Of a stretch of 64,000 bases of DNA, positions 25,770 through 39,814 are shown one piece after another. Position 1 is the stretch's first letter; each line of letters begins with the position of its first letter. The notes under the pieces were generated by a model that was not told the DNA's origin, made no database searches, and saw only the letters and a list, made by a program, of their open reading frames with translations. This stretch comes from Balanoglossus misakiensis (taxonomy: Eukaryota; Animalia; Hemichordata). The position numbers and the translations under genes were made by a program. The stretch is taken from contig CM082579.2 of the NCBI GenBank assembly GCA_040954595.2, forward strand, positions 6,685,625 to 6,749,624. The letters are read 5' to 3'.

Positions 25770-28169
25770 AACATTTACTAGTAATTTTTGCGGAGAATCA
25801 GATGTCTCAGCGAGCAAGGCTGGCCATCAACACAGCCTTTTCTACGTGTATACATGTACACAGCGGAGCCTTGACACACCTTTCAACACGTTCACGCTCC
25901 GTTTGCCTTGTAACGATCGTGTTTTGCAACGGGGCGATAACAAAATTGCGGGTGCAAATGTAAACAACTTGTTGAAGACAGCAATTTATTGTGCGGCACG
26001 AGTTCCTCTGACGCGGGAGCAGAGCTGGTCAATATAGCAACCCTGAGAGTGTTGTCATCAGTACGAAAGGCAAAGGTATTTTTTTTCACGGCAGCTGAAC
26101 CGAAATCATGATATTCTATTTCTCGTGTGCTATGTAACGGATCCGTTTCCTCTTTTACAGCCTGCATGGAAGTTAGCCTCCAAAGTGAATCATAGCTTTT
26201 AGAGACTCGGGTTGTTTACGTGCACAGTCTCTTGCGTGCGAATGCGCGAACAAAAAACACACATCAAATAACTTCCTAATAGAGTCTTCTCTGTGTAATC
26301 GAGCGCATTTAATGTGCAACGGCTTCGCAAATATCAAAATGCAGTCAGCGATTAAAGAATTTTGCGGAAGAAAAAAAACCCGGCCAAATAAACGATATTT
26401 TGGGAAACTAAATCCTACCCCGGGAATGACGCACTGACGCAGAAAGCGGCACGCCCATAGCGCAGTCTGGAAAGTATCCCGCAGGATTTAAGTCCCATAA
26501 TCACAAAAGTAATGCAAAAGTGGCAGCTTATGATGCTTTAAGAATTTTGTGGAAGACAAATAAACAGCAAAGTGAACGACATTTCAGTTGATCAGGACAG
26601 AGAAACTAACTTGAAATCTTGTTATTTATTTAGTTCCTCCGGAAATGACGCATTGAAGCAGAAAGTGGCCCGCTCATTTCGCAGTCGAAAAGTGCCTGGG
26701 AAACCTCGAAGGATTATTAACAGGCGTTTGTTCCAGCTAACCGGGACTCTTACAAGAAATCTAGAGCCTTCAAGGCGATCCTAGCAAATGAGCGTGCGTG
26801 ATGAATCATAATTGGTTTTTGAACTACACACTATCGAACTTGAAGGCGAGGCAGATTGATGCCATTGTGACCAGAAGAGTCACTTCACCTTCGTCTGAAT
26901 GAAAAGAAGCGCGAAGCCGCCGTCCACATTGACGTCACATCATCGTGTTTTTTGACATCTTTGTGTCCTTCGTTAGGTTCCACAACTGCCGATAGAGGGC
27001 ACAATATAGTAAACGAGTTGGATGATTAATCAACCAAATGATTCGCATACTGCGGCTGCGCGGCTCCGCATGCTACCGAGCAGTTACTTAGTTGTATAGA
27101 GGGAGCACTTCTAAGTTGATCCTGGGTGCAGAACATTCGAAGTTCTCGAGCCTTGCCAAAACCCGGTCCAGACGAATCCAAAACAACGTGTGAACACAAT
27201 TAAAACACACGAACAAGCTAAATCTTTTGTTAAGAAAATGTTTAAATTCAGATTATGAAAAACGAAATCTAGCTTAATGAATGTTCCAGTAATGTGTGTA
27301 CATGTAGTTGCATAAATAGACAACCACAATAATGTGGTTATGTTACATAAATCTCTAAAAATGTTGGTCAAATCATAAATGAAGGTTTTAGGGTAAAAAT
27401 TCACATTATGAATCGTCTCAAATGAACTTCATCAGGGAGACCAGAATACTGAAGTTATTTCAGTAAGCAAATAACAAGTGACATATCTTAATACAAATGG
27501 GGAGGGGGCGGGGGATATTCAAAAGCTGACATGGCCTGAGTGATACACGTGTATCATTTCCAACGTGAATGCCCAACAGATATGATACAAAAAGGAAGGC
27601 TGGATAAAATATTTCATTGCAAACCGCCAAATCTCGCCCTGTGGCAGTCATAAATGGGTATCAGTAATTCTTTTTAAATCATATTTCAGAAAAAGTCAAA
27701 GTGCATTTTTCGGAATATTGCATAGATAATATTAGACTTGAAAAGTTATGTTATAAAACGTCAGTCTCACTTTACAAGCCAATTCAATATTGACAATCCA
27801 CAGCAAAAATCTGCTCACACATGAAGAAGCCCTAATCATACTTAAGATATAAATGTTGACTTAAAAAATAGTTGAGCGTTTTTGGTCCTGGGGTGAGAAA
27901 GAATGTAGCATCTGCCATTCTTTGAACTTTGGTTCTTTTTTTTTTACGGCAAACCCTTGCCGACTTCGTGTATGTATATCGCGCAATACATTAACTATGT
28001 TTAAATATACATTGGGATCCGTTTCTCCAAATCGATGTAGACTTGTATTTTGCACATCTGGGGGTAATATGCGACAACAATCTCAGCAGCAAATGCAGTC
28101 CTTTGTGTGTTTGTGTGTTCCCTGGGAAGTGAATTATTGTTCATGAAATCCACTTTTTATTTTTATTTT

Positions 28170-31100
28170 TTAAGAACCGCACATCAGGCACTCATCTTTG
28201 TTCTCCAGCGAGCACACCATGGCCGCCAGATTCTTCTCCATCTCCTCCACGTCCTTTTTCGTCTCTTCCGATTTGACTTTGCTCGTCTGGCCCTGCCTGA
28301 CCGACGACTTGGCCTTGTCGAGGGTGAATTTGATGGGGTCGGCGGCGGGGCGGGTCCGCAGGTAGTACATGCCTGTCTTCAGACCCTGGGGATGATGAAA
28401 CAGAATGCATTATGAGCAACGGAAGAAAGCTTAGGATTCACACAAACTCAGTGTTTTGTGAGCAAAATCGGAGATTTCATAAACACACCAAAGGTGTGTT
28501 ATGTTAAATCATAATTCCATGAACAAAATCGAGTTAACATGCATTTCTCCAGAAATGACAATATCGCCCTCAACGTTCAGTCATTCAAAGCAAACTGAGC
28601 ATGCTCAGAAGCACTCATCCTTCGACAAAATGGTGCATGGAAAATGTATTCAAAATTAATGTACCCAGAACGAACACCAACTCGTTACACCAAAATCTTT
28701 CCACGATATTCTCACCTTCTTCCAGGCATAGAAGTGCATACTGGACAACTTCCCGTAGTTCGGTTCGGCAATGTGAATGTTGAGGGACTGGCTCTGATCG
28801 ATGAACGCTCCTCTGTCGGCGGCCATGTTGATGATGTTCTTCTGAGAAATCTCCCACACGGTTCTGTACAGCATCTTAATGTCGTCGGGGATTCCATCAA
28901 TGTCCTGTGTACAAATATGCGGACATTCATTAATTAATTAATGGACACAAGGAACAATCACAAGGACAGAACGTCAAGTTGTTGTTCGGTGCTTGGATAA
29001 ACGTAATAGTCACTTGCAAGGCACACACTGGCCAACTGCACACAGCGAGTCCCGCGTACCTGAATGGAACCGTTGTTGGCAATCAGCATGTTTTTCATTT
29101 CATCGCACCAAAAGCCCTGCTCGGTCAGATCTTTCAGAAGATGGTGGTTCACAACCTGGTGAGGGAAAAAAATTAGTCCAGAAGTTAAAAAACAAAGCAT
29201 ACATTCACCAGCATTTGAAGTCAAACTGCAAAAGCTGCAATGTCACATGTCAATGCCAATATGAAAGTTTTACTCTATCATTAAAAATTTTGGTCGGTTG
29301 ACCCCTAATTTTTATTCTCAATTTTAAGAGAAATGATCTGAATTGCCTTGAGCAAAATATGAGAGAAAGTTTCAGACTTCGATTTTTCGAGGCACTAATA
29401 CCTTAATGGTTTGATAATGACAACACTGAGGGCAGCATTCATGAAGACACTAACCTGAAATTCTCCCGAAAGTACCCTTCTGCTGTAGATATTACTGGTG
29501 TATGGTTCAATCGCCTCGTTGTTGCCCAGGATCTGTGCTGTGGAAGCGGTTGGCATGGGAGCCAACAACAGACTGTTCCGTACACCGTACTTTGCGATCT
29601 CTCTCTTGAGGGCGTCCCAGTCGTGGAGCTCTGTTGGTGTCACGCCCCACATATCATACTGCAGGACCTGGCAGAAGATTGAAAAAAAAACCACTGCATT
29701 ATTCACAATATGATCTTCAAAAGGCATGCACCATGTTGAAAAAAAAAAAAACTTGCAAGAGATTCTATCACGCCTTGTCCAAACTGGCCAAGGTCATACA
29801 CAGTTTTCCTTCAAAAAGTTATCAACTGAAAGTTATCAATGAAAAGGGAGTCTATTTTTTTTATATCTGAACTCTTGACATAGAGAGAAAATAGCAGTCA
29901 TCAAACGAGTGTAACTTACCCCTTTACTGACAGGTGACCCTTCATATGTTTCGTACGGCCCAAACTCCTGGGCCAATTCACAGCTGGCTTTCAACGCTCC
30001 GAAGTAAATGGTCTCAAAGATTTGTTTGTTCAAATGCATGGCTTCTGGACTGTCGAAGGGGAACCTCATCAGAATGAAGGCGTCGGCTAAACCCTGGACG
30101 CCGATGCCGATTGGCCGGTGGCGCATATTGCTTGTCCTTGCCTGCAGCAGCAGAGAATAAAGACCACACAAAGTTTGACTTGGAATCACATACCCCATAC
30201 ATCCAGATAAACTATGAATCTCAAATTTTTTTCAGTGAATATGCTAGCCTAGAACTGAAGTATGGTCTTACGGTACACATAGGTAAATCCAGCTTTAATA
30301 TGAGGTAAATCAAGCTTTAATATGATTTCTTCACGAAATCAAAGTATGCAACACAACGGTAACCTGTAGTCCTTCCTAACATAATTCAGCCATCTTCCTT
30401 CAACAGACATGATAAATTTCAGGTGAATTTCATTGACACAGACAAAGACCCTTACCTCTGGCACTGGGTAGAAATTGATATCGATTATTTTATTCAAGTT
30501 TCGGACGATGACTCTGGTAACTTCCAGCAACTTGTTAAAGTCGTAGGTTTTGTCCGGTTTGACGTACATGTTCAGTGCAATGGATGCCAGGTTACATACA
30601 GCAACCTTTGAAGAAAAAGAAAACATGGATTTATTGGTGCAAGGAATAAAGTTTGAAAACATTTTGCCCGGTGACAAAATGAACCTGTATAAATCCTCTT
30701 TTCACTCAAGTCAGAAAATGTGTTCTTTTTTCCGTTACATATTTTCAGTCACATGATGTAGCGTATTTGACTACTGAAGAACAAACCAAAGCATCACACA
30801 CACAACCAGCTCACCTCTTCAGCACTACTGTATTCTACAATTTCTGTGCACAGGTTACTGCACTTGATGGTGCCCAGATTCTGTTGGTTGGATTTGGCGT
30901 TGCAGGCATCTTTGTAGAGCATGTACGGAGTGCCGGTCTCTGTCTGCGCTTCAATGATGGCGTACCACAGCTGCTGGGCCTGGATGGTCTTCCTGCCTTT
31001 GCCTTCCTTCTCGTACCTGAAAATCGCAACACATCCCCAAAACATGGTTACAACGCCGAAAACCACAAGCTGATTTTCAGTATTACTAGTAACAGAAAAT

Positions 31101-34100
31101 GATCAGTACGTGGGACAGGCAAGGAGGAAATACATGTTATAGGATCTGAGCAGATCAGGATTGTTTAATAGTCACGTAATTTTTGATCAAATTAACACAG
31201 GTTAATCTTCAACTTCCCTTTAAATATTTCAAACAAATCTCATTGTTTTGAATTTAGAAATTTTAAGTCATTTTTTTTCTTCAATGAATGCACTTAGACA
31301 AGTTTAGATAATCTTGGATCACCAACTGGATAAAGTATCTAAAATGCTACATATGCAAAATATGCATGTACAATTTAAATGTACGACAATTTTCAGTTCG
31401 TAAGCAGGGTACAACAGACTCGTATTACTTACTTCACATACAACTTTTCAAATTCCTCTCCCCACGTGTCATGCAGATTGGGACACTCATTCGGGCACAT
31501 CAAGGTCCAGGTGCCGTTCTCTTCCACGCGTTTCATGAAGAGATCCGGAATCCACAAGGCATAGAAGAGATCCCGGGCCCTCTGCTCGTCTTTCCCGGTG
31601 TTCTTCTTGGCATCCAGGAACTCAAAGATGTCGGCGTGCCACGGTTCCAGGTAAATCGCAAATGCCCCCGGGCGCTGCATGAAAGACAAAGTCATTGTTA
31701 ATGACACAGCACCCGTTTTTCTTTGATAAACAGACAAGGGGAGGGGGGAATGACACATGACAAGACGCTGACAGAATTTTCTGATAGCCAAATGGCTAAT
31801 ATACAGAACAGTGAAATTAATCCTCTTTCTCCCAGTTGTAATAAACAGGAAGCTACCATGGGTTTGGCACACTTAACTACCAAGTCTGCCTACCTTGTTG
31901 CCTCCCTGATCCACGTATCTGGCTGTGTTGTTGTAGACTCTCAACATTGGCAATAAACCGTTGGAGTTTCCATTGGTCTGCGGGACAAAGGGTTATTTTT
32001 AGTTAATTGTTTGTCATGGAAACATCACAAAGTGCACAACAAGACAAAAATAACGTTAAGACTTCCAATTGTCCATTTTGGACTGCAAAGAGAGGCCACC
32101 TACCCCAGCAATGTAACTACCCGAGGCTCGGATGCAATGAACGTTGATTCCAATACCACCGGCACTCTTGGAGATCAAGGCGCACTGCTTGAGAGAGTCG
32201 TAGATACCTTCAATGCTGTCATCTTTCATGGTCAGCAAGAAACAACTGCAAGCGAAAAGCCAAAGCCAAACGTTATCACGCAGTCACAGATTAGCATAGT
32301 TTTTACATGAAAATGGGGAAAATGCCAATATCGATGAATATCCCACCTGTATATATTACACGAACAAATGATGTAAACATTCTCACCTGGATAACTGAGG
32401 TCTGCAGGTGCCTGCGTTGAACAGGGTAGGTGAGGCATGTGTGAACCATTTCTCAGACAGCAAGTTGTACGTCTGTTGAAGTGAAACAACAACATACATT
32501 ATAATGATCCATTGAAAATCAACTTTGATAGACAGTACACAGACAGGAATTCTTTTTTCTCCCTTACCTCAATGGCAGCATCAATGTCATTGTGATGGAT
32601 TCCAACAGAAACTCTCATCAACATGTGTTGAGGGCGCTCTGCTACTTTGCCGTTGATCTTCAGAAGGTAGGACCTCTCCAGTGTCTGTGGAGAAATGAAC
32701 AAAGATGCATTACTGAAATACACACGTGGAACAGACGCTTTCAGACATCATGGAATTTTTTATCAGTCCAACACTCCATCAGAGATATACACGTGTATAT
32801 CCCGTAATTAAATCTGCAAGTGATTCTCCGAATCATTCTTACAGAAGAACACATTTCACAGGGACTCTAAAATAAATATGTACCTTGAAACCGAAGAAGT
32901 TGTAGTTGAAATCCCTGTCATAGATGATGGCAGAATTCAGGCGCTGAAATGAAAGAAAAAAGGTTTGAATATTTGCTGGTATATATCACACAAATAAAAT
33001 TGATGTCTACTATTCTCTGGTTAAATAATAACTAGAAAGCCAGTCTACATAAAAGAACCAGGAAAATGTATGCAAGTCCAACACAGGTTGGGACTTCAAC
33101 ACATTTAAATACATCAGCACTGGATGTAATATTTACCAACTCTTGATATGTACATGTATGAATACAGGAGAAGTCAACATTTAAATTTCCATAAACTAAT
33201 GCAGGCAAGTGTATTCTTTAAATGTCTGGGCCCGCAAATCCACTAGCTGTACAGACTTGTCACTAGGACAGACAGCCATGGGTAAAATCAGCCCATTTTA
33301 GTCTATGATGGCATAAAATCAGAGACTGCATGACTAGAGCATTCCGAGGAACGGCCATCAACTGTGATGCGATTTCTCTAAAATACAGTAAAATTTGTCT
33401 TGAAATAGGCTGGACACTGCAGTTGATGCAAGAAAACTATGCTAATCATATTATCATGTAATGTTTGTGCAGTTCACATAAAATTACGTAGCCCTCTCTC
33501 TCACCTCAGCATTGTTGATGATGATATCGTAGATTTCCTTCGCTATCATGGGAGAATGTTTGCCATTCCGAGGATTGACGTAATTGTACAGGTCAGTCAT
33601 TGCAGCTGCAAACAAACAAATAAATAAATAATTATGAACAAAACACCAGGATGATTGCTTAGCAAAGTGGAACTTCAATCTACAAGTCATTCTTTGCCAG
33701 AACTTCCTCGGAAATTTGACCACTCCAGGACTTCGCAGTACACCACTGCACCACTCTCTTAATCACTAGCATCTTACCTGTAAAAGACTTTTTGGATTCT
33801 TTGTGGAGATTGGAGACGGCAATCCTTGCTGCCAGGATGGCATAGTCCGGGTGTTTGGTGGTCATGCTGGCGGCGGTCTCTGCAGCTAAGGTGTCCAATT
33901 CCACCGTAGTCACGCCAGAATAGACACCAGTGATCACTTTCATGGTGATCGTAGCCTTTAAAAAAAACATGCATAAAGATGGCATGATTGCAGTTTAGCA
34001 TCTCAGTAATGTTCTCCATAGGGTTTTACGCACGCCAATAATGAGTCGCACAGACATCATGGTACGTACAAAAAACTTCACTGAAATGATACACACACCT

Positions 34101-35126
34101 CCCCAATGGCCCTTTGGTTGAGAATCATGAATCGATTATGCTAATGATCCACCAGAGAAAAAAACGTATGTACGAACAAGACCTGCATTTTTGGTCACAA
34201 ATAGGCGTGGAGAGGTCACAGGGTGAAAAAAACTATCCCTAAATTGACTTCAAAAGCATCATTTTGACAATTGATCTCGTTGCTTTCCCGCCAATCATCG
34301 TTGTCATTGGAGATCAACACCTGGCAGCTGTTTCCAAACAATGGGGCGTTACGAGTTGACCGTTATGTTTCTTAATTTAATTTAACAATGACCATGATAA
34401 AATTGAACTGGAATTTCGCACGGTTTGAAAAACACTCATATAATATGATATTTCTTGATAACAACAAGAGCTTGCACTTATTTTATTACAGTTTCAATTT
34501 GATGCATTGACTGAAGGTCCAATCGTCCTTGGCCGACTGGGCCGTGCCAAACACACTCGTTAAATTTCCCGGGAAAATTTCTATCACACACATACATGTA
34601 CACAAAAACAAAACCATTCTGCAAGATGGATAACCTTGTACACCATTTAACACATGGCGAGTAATAGGCACAAATGCACGACAGGGTCAGCACACAATAT
34701 TTGCCTCGGTAAAAATATATCCCAAGCGCGCATTCCCTTTGTGCGCGCAGAGGGTTTTGTTTTCAAGTTTCCCGCCTTTTCTGTTTCAGTCATTTCACAC
34801 GTCGAAATGAACACTCAGAAGCGTTGACACGACATATATACCTGCCAAGAATTCGCATGTAAATGTCACTTACCGGATCGACGAATTCTGAGTTTAAACC
34901 GTAACATAGCTTTGATATTCTGGAGGTGATTTTGTCGAACATCACCTTCTCGCGACGGCCATCTTGCAAAAAAATGAAATGGAACACATAGAAGTTTAAA
35001 AATAAAGGTGTATTACAAGCGCGGTTTCAACCAATTTGAAGCCTATGTTGACGTCACAGCTATATTCATATGATAGAAAGAACTATGAAATCCTAACTCA
35101 CCTCTCTTGTTGACGTACATGGACAT
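28170..35126 (-). CDS. RRM1: Ribonucleoside-diphosphate reductase large subunit (class Ia R1), ~803 aa, 17 coding exons
   Basis: Exons in minus order: 35126-35102, 34962-34874, 33955-33778, 33605-33505, 32943-32884, 32684-32568, 32472-32387, 32245-32104, 31977-31894, 31674-31433, 31016-30815, 30605-30456, 30141-29920, 29667-29455, 29155-29060, 28904-28716, 28385-28170. All introns GT-AG, 2412 nt in frame. ATP-cone N-terminus ([21 protein letters not shown]), PQLSSCF, SNLCTEI catalytic Cys, [26 protein letters not shown] and C-terminal CLMCGS. Alternative start at 35120. Confidence 0.98.
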
Positions 35127-35270
35127 TTTTTGAGGTTTCGCACGCTGCTGCGTGTATGTGTGTGTGTAGGGTCGTACAGCTTCTCGTTGTCAACTTTGGG
35201 ACTGGCGCGCTGGTCAATTTGACCCAGTGGAGGTCAAAGGTGACAAACTACGCATTGTCCAATCAGTTGC
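34284..35270 (-). promoter_or_regulatory. E2F/CCAAT-type cell-cycle elements of RRM1 (upstream region and intron 2)
   Basis: TTTCCCGCC at 34284-34292 (adjacent CCAAT) and 34768-34776 in intron 2. TGGCGCGC (~35203) and CCAAT (~35259) lie upstream of the ATG. E2F control of RNR genes is established in animals. Confidence 0.45.
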
Positions 35271-36080
35271 TCTTGGATCTTCCATTTTAAACTGCGGGGA
35301 TGTTGGTACGAATTTGATTTGGCCAGAATTTGTCTTTAGTGATTACACTATGCAAACCCAGTAGGCGCTGCAAAGGAGTCTTTTATCACAAGGAAATTAA
35401 TGGTCTTTCTCGGATACATTTATGCTACTACCAAAGAATCAAATGTGATGCAACTAGCGTGCACTGGGGTTGCGGTTCAGTGACATACTGGTCGATGAAT
35501 TGGTATAACCCAATCACTCCATCCTTGCAGCTGATTCATGTGATTGGTAGATCTTTTTCTAACTTGCTGGTTTGTAAAACAAATAAGGTTTTTCCACAGC
35601 TTTTTATATCAGTTTCCATTTCTACACGTACAAACATACAATTACAAGCTGTTCTGTACCAGGTACCCAATTATTATCAGAACTTTATTGCATAACAAGT
35701 TCACTTATGGTAGAGCAAGTGCATTGTACAATTAATCAATCATTACAAACATCATCACACGAAATTGAGTTGTCTTATACCCTATACCCTTTGTGTACGG
35801 TCTATAACTGAAATGTTTGAATAATTCATTGAAATATATTCTTATTTTTAAATGTATTATTCATTGGATATTAAAATTGTGATAGAAACATTGGGTTACT
35901 AAATATAGTGAACCAAAATCCACACTTCAAAATGCATGACACGAAACGTTAATACCAGTAATCATTTGTGGACTAAGGATAAGGCGAGAATTGACATATT
36001 TTATCAGGTAAAATATGAAGAAGGGGTTCATAGTGTCAGCAGTGGCGTGTGCTTGTTAAGTTGTTCTGCTGAAGTGATTT

Positions 36081-37845
36081 TTAGGAGTCCTTTTTTTGCC
36101 GTCCGACGAAGTTGTCCATCACAGTGAAGGCGTCTGAGTACTTATTTACGTGAATCCAGGCTTCAACCGGCACCCACCTAGGTAGTGAAAGCAGAGGGGA
36201 ATGTCAGTGTCAATTAAGGATGTGAACTACTTAAAATTTGAACTACTAAAGAATTGTCTAATTTGTTTGGGTAGACTTACGATTTCAACCATACAAATGC
36301 GTATGCTGCTCTGGGAAGGCAAAGTTGTCTCTGATTGGTAAGGACAGCATTGACAACTTTATCCGCAACATACTGTGGTTCCAACACTGGGATTCCTCTG
36401 TAAACAGGAAAAATAAATACTTTTAGAAGTGCAGAAAATGGTTATGTTGTTTCTATCATATCGTCATCACAGCAAGGACCTAGGCTATACACAATCACTG
36501 GATTGACCCCACCCTCCTACCTACCAGAACCAGACTGGCTCAGTGTGTTCACACTGGTTATTTTAAGTCGGCCCTGGCCCAGCACCGGTGCGACATACAC
36601 CGCCGTAAAACTGTCAAGTCTGAACAACACAGCCGGGGTAATTAAGAGCGAACAAAAGTATATGCATACACGTCTTTCATTCCATCAAACATTCCAGTGT
36701 CAATGCGTATCGGCTGGACCAGTGTGGTGTACACGCCGTCAGCATTCTGAGCAACCAACTCCAGCATCAGGGATTCGTGCAGGCCGACGGCGGCAAATTT
36801 GCTGGCGCAGTACTCCACCATGCCCACTGAGCCGACGGTACCGGCCATGCTGGCGATCGTCACCACGTGGCCGTGATTGTTGGCCACCATGGATGGCAGG
36901 AATGCTTTGAGAGTCTGTGAAAGAGAGAGTGAGATGGACAGAAATGATTAAAACACAGCAGACTTTAAAAGGTATATATTCACAGTATCTGGCACAGCCA
37001 CCTACATGACTCAGATTCTGTGATTTGTTCTGTGACTTTTGCTTGAGCATACCAGTATTTCTCACCAAGGATTTGAAGTTTACCACTGTATAAGAAAGTA
37101 CATAAATTTTGCTGTTTTTTTTGTTGTCATATACAAGAGCGTCTCAATCGTTACCACACTGTTTTTTCAGTTATAATAACTTTTTACGGATTTAATTTTT
37201 GTGTTCCAGCTAAAACAGTGGCATCACTTCTTTCTTGGGAGTCACATGGCTAAGTTATCAAAGGTCACATGAGTATTGACCCTTGACCTTTCATCTGCAT
37301 GACCACATAAGAAATTACCCAGCGCTCTGAACATTTCTCGTGAAAATAATGTCTTGACAGGACAACAAAAAACAATCAACTCAACTCACCCAAAATATAG
37401 CCATGGTGTTAACATCCATGGTTCGTACAATCAATTCGTCGGGACAGTCGAGAAACTTCTTGCCAGCCACGACGCCAGCATTGTTGATAAGAATAGTGAC
37501 GTCACCTACGTCTTTTCTGACTAGTTCTGCGACGCGATAGACCTCTTCCTTTTTCCTAACATCGCAAATGTAACACTGTGCTGTGCCGCCAGCGCCTCTG
37601 ATCAGCTCGGCCGTCTTCTGGTTGCCTCCGTCGTCAATGTCCCAGAGAACCAACTTTGCCCCCAGCTTAGCAAACTCCAAGGCCATGAGTCGACCTATTC
37701 CGCTGCCTGCCCCCGTGATCAGCGCGACGTCGCCGGCCACCGACTTCTTTTTGCTGGGAAGGAAGAATTTGATCCACGAGAAGAAAGTGATGGCTAACAT
37801 TCCAAAATTGGCGTAAAGCACTTTTAGGATTTCCCCTAGAGTCAT
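36081..37845 (-). CDS. Short-chain dehydrogenase/reductase, SDR16C family (RDH-E2/SDR16C5/RDH10-like), ~304 aa, 4 exons
   Basis: Exons 37845-37390, 36914-36670, 36397-36281, 36177-36081 (915 nt, GT-AG). N-terminal hydrophobic segment, [15 protein letters not shown] and catalytic YCASK. Exact ortholog cannot be assigned. Confidence 0.93.
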
Positions 37846-39732
37846 CTTGAGGCCGTCCGTCAGGTCACGGTGCAGAACAACAGGATATGGTCTAAGAGCT
37901 GCGTCCCTGGGAAGAGAGCTGGGTCAAGCAGCGCACCTTCACTTCTGGTTGCCGCTGAGGTCATGAGCCGAATACTATTACTAGTACATTGCGCACGTAT
38001 TATGTAAAGGGGTGGACCGTTTGATATCTTGGGGGTCGATAATTTGGTAAATAAACTGTACTATAAGCTATCGCGATAACTTGATCAATTATTTTCTAGT
38101 GACGTAATATTCTTTCTAGAATTCGCATTCATCAGATCATCCAGTAACTCCATGTTCAGATCCAAAGGTCAAGTCCAGTCACGACAAAGCACGAGCAGTC
38201 GCTTGGGAGTTGTTAGGAGGTGTTGTGTCTTTTACTTTAGCAAGGCGCAAGGCGCTTTACTTCTCTTTGCTTTTCGAGCTCCCCACCCAGTGGCAGGACA
38301 GAGCTTGCTATGTGTGCTTAGCTCTGCTGCGCTGAGATGCTGTTTGCTCCCAAGGAGTTGAATGGGGGGAAAAACATTGATGGGCTTTTCAAAGACAGAT
38401 TGTTCCCTCTCCACCAAGCCCCCGACCCCACCGACCGGAGAAACTGACCAGCCCCTTCGCTTGTACAATGTTAAAAAACATTAACCATTAACATTTCTTA
38501 TAGGAGCCTAAAGCGCATTGCATTGTTAAAAAAATAATTCTAAACGTAAATATATTTATCAACAAGTATATAACAATTTCCATAATGCTCATGTAGAGAC
38601 ATTGGCCTTAGATGAAAAAAGGGGACATGTTATGTTAAAGTTTCAGCGTTACTTTAAAAGATCACTAGATCTATTCTCAACCCCATCAAAACTTTGTATA
38701 GTTCTCGGTGATAGAGACGAGAATCTTAACAAATAACGTTGATTTGTCCCTTTAATATAGAATAGAAGGAAAGGACGCTTTACTTGGGGTCATCAATTAT
38801 TAGGCCAGCTGAGTCCGACTCCTACGACTGCTGCGCGTAATACGAGCTTCTCCATCTATCGTCACACGAACGTCGATCGCTGCGCAGTGTTTCGGGAGTA
38901 GCTGCGCAAAGAAGCACTTGCCATGCCCGATGACATTTTCAATAAAATTCCACGGGGAAAATCTCTCTCATGTGCGACACCGGCGTAAACTTCACACCCA
39001 CGTACCAAAGCCAGAAGTAGCGCCACCGTGACTGTGGCAAAACGACACATAAACATCCACTGTTTGTGATATTGCAAAATGAAAATTTTGTTTTTGAATT
39101 TATGCCGTTTGGATATGTCCGCCTGTCTGAACGTGTTTACTACCGCTAACTGTAAACAAAATCAAGTAATAAACCCTGTAGAAGTTCATGAACAGATTGT
39201 CACTCACACGTGCACGCTTTTCATAATACATGCATATGAAACTTGTCAAATGTACGTACAGAGGTTGACACATGTATACGTGCATGCATGCATGCGCATG
39301 TACGTACGTATATGTACACATACATACAGATATTTAGCTTGCAATGAAAATGTGAAAAAGTGAGAACAGTTTTGAACTCGGGGCATACTTGCCTACCAGA
39401 AACAGACTTGGAATTAGCGATAGAATTTTTACTCTTTAACCTTTGAGAAGTACTATTCGGAAGAACGGCGGTGGAGTTGTGTGCGTCAAAAAAACGTATT
39501 TCCTTTTATATTTATATCTACTGTAAAGGACGTGGTATGGTTAGCGTAATGTCGGGTGTACATTTTCAAAGACTAATTCATTCAAAGCTGAACTAATCGT
39601 GGGAAGGGTATAGTAGGAGACGCGAACTCTGTAATTACCCACTGGCCATCTATATATTTGAAAAAAGCGGGAAGGATTCCTTGACTGGGGTGAACTGCAA
39701 TAGTTGTAGCGCTGTAATCAAGATTGTAAGAG

Positions 39733-39814
39733 GACGAGGTGGCCGAGTGGTTAAGGCGATGGACTGCTAATCCATTGTGCTCTGCACGCGTGGGTTCGAA
39801 TCCCATCCTCGTCG
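39733..39814 (+). tRNA. tRNA-Ser(GCT), copy 1
   Basis: 82-nt cloverleaf GACGAGG...CCTCGTCG with anticodon arm ATGGA-CTGCTAA-TCCAT and long variable arm. A box TGGCCGAGTGG, B box GGTTCGAATCC. Followed by CCA then a TTTT terminator. Confidence 0.97.

Noticed and set aside
29270-29410. TTAA-terminated repeat-like fragment in an RRM1 intron
   Set aside because: Looks like a decayed transposon end, but no partner terminus or second copy was found in the window.
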